Source: Amphiscolops sp. MND2022 (lineage: Eukaryota). Taken from it: 64,000 nt of DNA. The notes under the pieces were generated by a model. That model was not told where the DNA came from. It saw nothing but the letters and a program-made list of their open reading frames with translations, and did no database searches. A program made the translations under genes and the position numbers. Location: the NCBI GenBank assembly GCA_964187785.1, contig OZ076409.1:39806001-39870000 (forward strand), read 5' to 3'. Positions 60,497 to 64,000 of the stretch are shown here, one piece after another; the stretch's first letter is position 1, and each line of letters opens with the position of its first letter.

Positions 60497-63400
60497 ATGG
60501 ATAATGGTGAATCTAATCCTGTTATGGAGATACAACATTTTGCGTCCAATTTTACTGGAAGTGATGTAGCGAAGTTGGAGCTACTCGAAGCAAGGCTCCA
60601 GGGACAACCTCTACCCAACAGGGAGGTATCGAACAACGTCGTTCAACATTTTCAATCCAGCAATTCTCAGCATTCCCCAAACCATGGTGCAACTACCCCC
60701 ACTCCGTCTGAAGAACCCATGAGCGACGAGGTCAGCGGTGGAGGTATGTCAATGGACCACACTGACCAAGAAGTAATAGTCGTTCGAGAAAGCAAAACAC
60801 CCAAGCACAAAGCTAGGAAAAGGAAAATGGCCGAAGATCCCGCTTCTGCATCCAAAAAAGACAAAGAAAGGGATCCGGGGAAGAAAATTGACGAGTACTT
60901 CAACAAAAATCATTCAATAAAATTCGAGCATATTGGCAGGACCGGACTCTTTCAAAACTCTCCTAACTCCCCGAATGATAATTCTACTTCGCAATGTGTT
61001 CAAACAGAGTTAACAGGTAGGGTCAATCCAAAGCTGATTATTCCTCTCATTGTGGGGACCTTTATTGATCCTTCTTCATTTTTAGGCATTGTCCTCCAAG
61101 AGCAACAGCAGCGTTCAGCGTCCAATATCGAAGAGAAAGATTCCCAAATTCACAATTTAATATATCGAATGGAAACAACTGCACAGGAAAACGAGCAATT
61201 GAAAAATGAATGCAAGTCTCTCCGTGAATCAGTGTCTCGTTTCTCTGACATCATCAAAGAACTCCTCATAGAGAAAGCTAGAGCCGAAAGGCGGGAAACA
61301 CGAAGGTGCACGCTTGAGAAAAAACTTCGTTTAGGCCAATTTGTAAATGTTCGGCAAGGTGCTACATACGTCGAGCAATGGCAAGACGGGTGAGTACTGC
61401 GTGCTCCCTAGATAACTACATGTTTGTGACCGTCTTTTTATATTGATTCTGTTGTTTTAGCTTTGCTTTTAAAGAAATAGCCAAGCGTCAGGAAGAAATA
61501 GCAAAAGAACGGGATCTTATGGAAAAAGAAAGAAAACTACTTGTAAAACAGAAGCCGTCTGCAAATTCCAACCAGAATTCAGAATCAACTGGGAAACCGA
61601 CATCCGAAAAGGTACTTCCTTTCAAAATAACTTCTCTAATATCCCTAGTCTCTAAAGATTTTACACAGTCAATCTTCATTTTTTAATCTAAATTTTTGAG
61701 CCTTATTAAATAATACGAAATTGGCTGACGTGGGCGCCGCTTTATGACGGCGGAGGTTTTAATTTTTTGCTGATGCCAGCTCGAGAAAGATGTACTATAA
61801 TTTTGATTGTTGTTCTCAAGTTTTGTTTTGTTCTGAGGAAGTGTCTGTTCTTATTTGATCCGAATGAAGGGACGAGTGAAAATTTGGTTTTGTCTGCCTG
61901 AGTATATTCATGTATAATTTTGATGCGTTCGCTTTTAGAAAATGTCATTACCAACGTTGACCCAAATAGAGTTTCACGAGAGAGACGAAATCTTGAAGCT
62001 TCGTGGATTATGGTTACGCAAAGAGGAGTCTGACCTAGCTACTGAATTAGAGAAAATTGAGCGCGAGCGCAACCTTCATGTTCGTGATCTGAAGAGGCAA
62101 AACGCCGAAGATGAGAGTCAGTATAGGAGTTTCCCTACTTTAAACAATCGTTATCTTCTGCTGGAGCTTCTCGGAAAAGGAGGCTTCAGTGAAGTTTACA
62201 AGGCTTTCGATTTGAGAGAGCAGCAATTTGTAGCGTGCAAAATTCATCACTGCAATAAAGAATGGAGAGAAGAAAAGAAGCAAAATTACATCAAACATGC
62301 ATGTCGGGAATACGAGATCCATAAACAGTTAGCCCACTCCAGGATTGTGAAACTGTTCGATGTGTTCGAAATCTCTCAAGATTCGTTTTGCACTGTCATG
62401 GAGTATTGCGATGGCAACGATTTAGGTAAGTTTCACCAAGTCCCTACATCTTTAGCCATTTCTCTGATGCCTTAAATGATGTAAACTATACGTGCTTCTT
62501 CAAAGTGTAACTAAATCATAGTAAATTTTAAAGTTTGAAGGAATAATAGATATGAAAAGCATTTTTTGCGCCTATGAAGTACCCTCTATTTAGATGTTTT
62601 TTGGAACTGAGATTTTTCTGAATTTCTTGAAACTAGCCCCGCCCCCATAATTAAGAAAAATTCCGAGAAATGCCAGCCGGAAGAACTCAAAAGGGCAGTT
62701 GGGTGCAATGAAAAATTTTCGAAAAGGATTGCACAGATCCGGAAAAAAACGCAAATGGGATCCTTTGGCCTCACTGGTTTTGTAATTCACATAGAATTGT
62801 AAAATTATCAGAGGAGATGGACTCTGGAGGATGTAAACAGTCGATCATGTAAGTAAGTGTGATGTTAGTAGTCTGTGAAAAATAAATTATTAGTCGGCGC
62901 TTTTCTAGTGAAAAGTGCCCGACTCTTACAGTGGCTAGTTTTTTTTCTTTTTTTTTTCGTCAGACTACAATCTCACTCTGATTGGGCCACTTTTCTTACA
63001 ATCGAAACTACTAAAACTACCATAAGGCCAAGTCAGGTCAGCGGAAATTAGTGCAAAAGGGTCCCCCCTTTCATTTTTTACTTTTTTAACGTAACCTACA
63101 AAACCGGACGAGACTAAAGGGTCCCCCTTTCGATTTTTTTTTCTCGGCATTGTGCGACTTTTTCGAAAATTTTTTAATGTCTCAAAAGAGTCCCCCTTTC
63201 GAGTTTTTTATATTTTGCAACAGAATATATGTTAATAAAGCCCGAAGGGTCCCCCTTTTACATTTTTTGGCAATATGCGACATTTTCTGAAAAAAAAATT
63301 CAAGTTTTTTTTTCAAAAAAAATTTTGCGCTTTTTGAGCCTTAGATATAGCGCCGACTTTAGACGTTCCCGTCTTGTTTTCTCTAACGGTGACTAAATCT

Positions 63401-64000
63401 AAGCTCTTGATGAATTTTATAATATTTGTGGTAACCTTGCCCCTGCGTGTTTCAGATTTTTGTTTAAAACAATCGAAAAATTTACCCGAGAGGGAAGCCA
63501 AGTCAGTCATTCAGCAGGTTGTCTCGGCCTTGAAGTATTTGAATCAACTGAAGAAGCCAATCATCCATTACGATTTGAAGCCCGCTAACATCCTCATGGG
63601 CAAAGACTCACATGCAGGAGAGATTAAGATTACTGATTTTGGACTTAGTAAAATCATGGACGAGGAAACTTACAGTGAGACTCAAGGTGGCATTGAACTT
63701 ACGTCTCAAGGAACTGGCACTTATTGGTATCTACCACCGGAGGTGTTCGACGATGCTGCACAGGGTCCAGTCGTGATTTCTTCCAAGGTCGACGTGTGGA
63801 GCGTCGGTGTTCTTTTTTATCAAATACTGTACGGCAAGAAGCCATATGGGCATAATGAATCACAAGCAAGTATTTTGAAGAATGACACCATTAGAAACGC
63901 AGGGCCAGTGGAGTTTCCAGCCAAACCAACAATTTCACCTGAAGCAAAAAATTTCATCCGTCGTTGTCTGCAGAGAGTGCATCAACGACCCGATGTTCTC
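60497..64000 (+). CDS. TLK: Tousled-like serine/threonine kinase, 3' end beyond the right window edge
   Basis: Exons 60497-61016, 61086-61389, 61461-61611, 61939-62425 and 63456->64000, all phase compatible. Motifs: [61 protein letters not shown]. Confidence 0.95.
62889..63378 (-). mobile_element. HINE-like family 1 copy in a TLK intron
   Basis: tagtcggcgc...gcccgact ... gcgccgactttagacgttcccgtcttgtt. Confidence 0.6.

Overview
AT-rich, transposon-dense eukaryotic (metazoan, invertebrate-like) genomic window with three spliced housekeeping genes. ASCC3 (minus strand) runs off the left end and carries a near-identical 5.6-kb intragenic tandem duplication in which the upstream copy of one exon has a nonsense codon. 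KDM5/lid (minus strand) has a complete CDS with only one coding intron. Tousled-like kinase (plus strand) runs off the right end. Introns and the ASCC3 upstream region are packed with Helentron-associated (HINE-like) elements. The ~26 kb between KDM5 and TLK holds CRE-type and APE-type non-LTR retroelements, BEL/Pao remnants and many small TIR elements. The most unusual signal is a modular mini-transposon system. Two conserved hairpin-rich central cores (core A, 8 copies; core B, 4 copies), both starting CTAGTGCCC and rich in GCGAAGC mini-hairpins, sit inside several unrelated pairs of terminal arms. The same arm family carries either core, and two chimeras show foreign arm or flank DNA copied in on the CTAG side of the core. 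All calls were made by eye with no database searches, and element boundaries are approximate unless TSDs are given.
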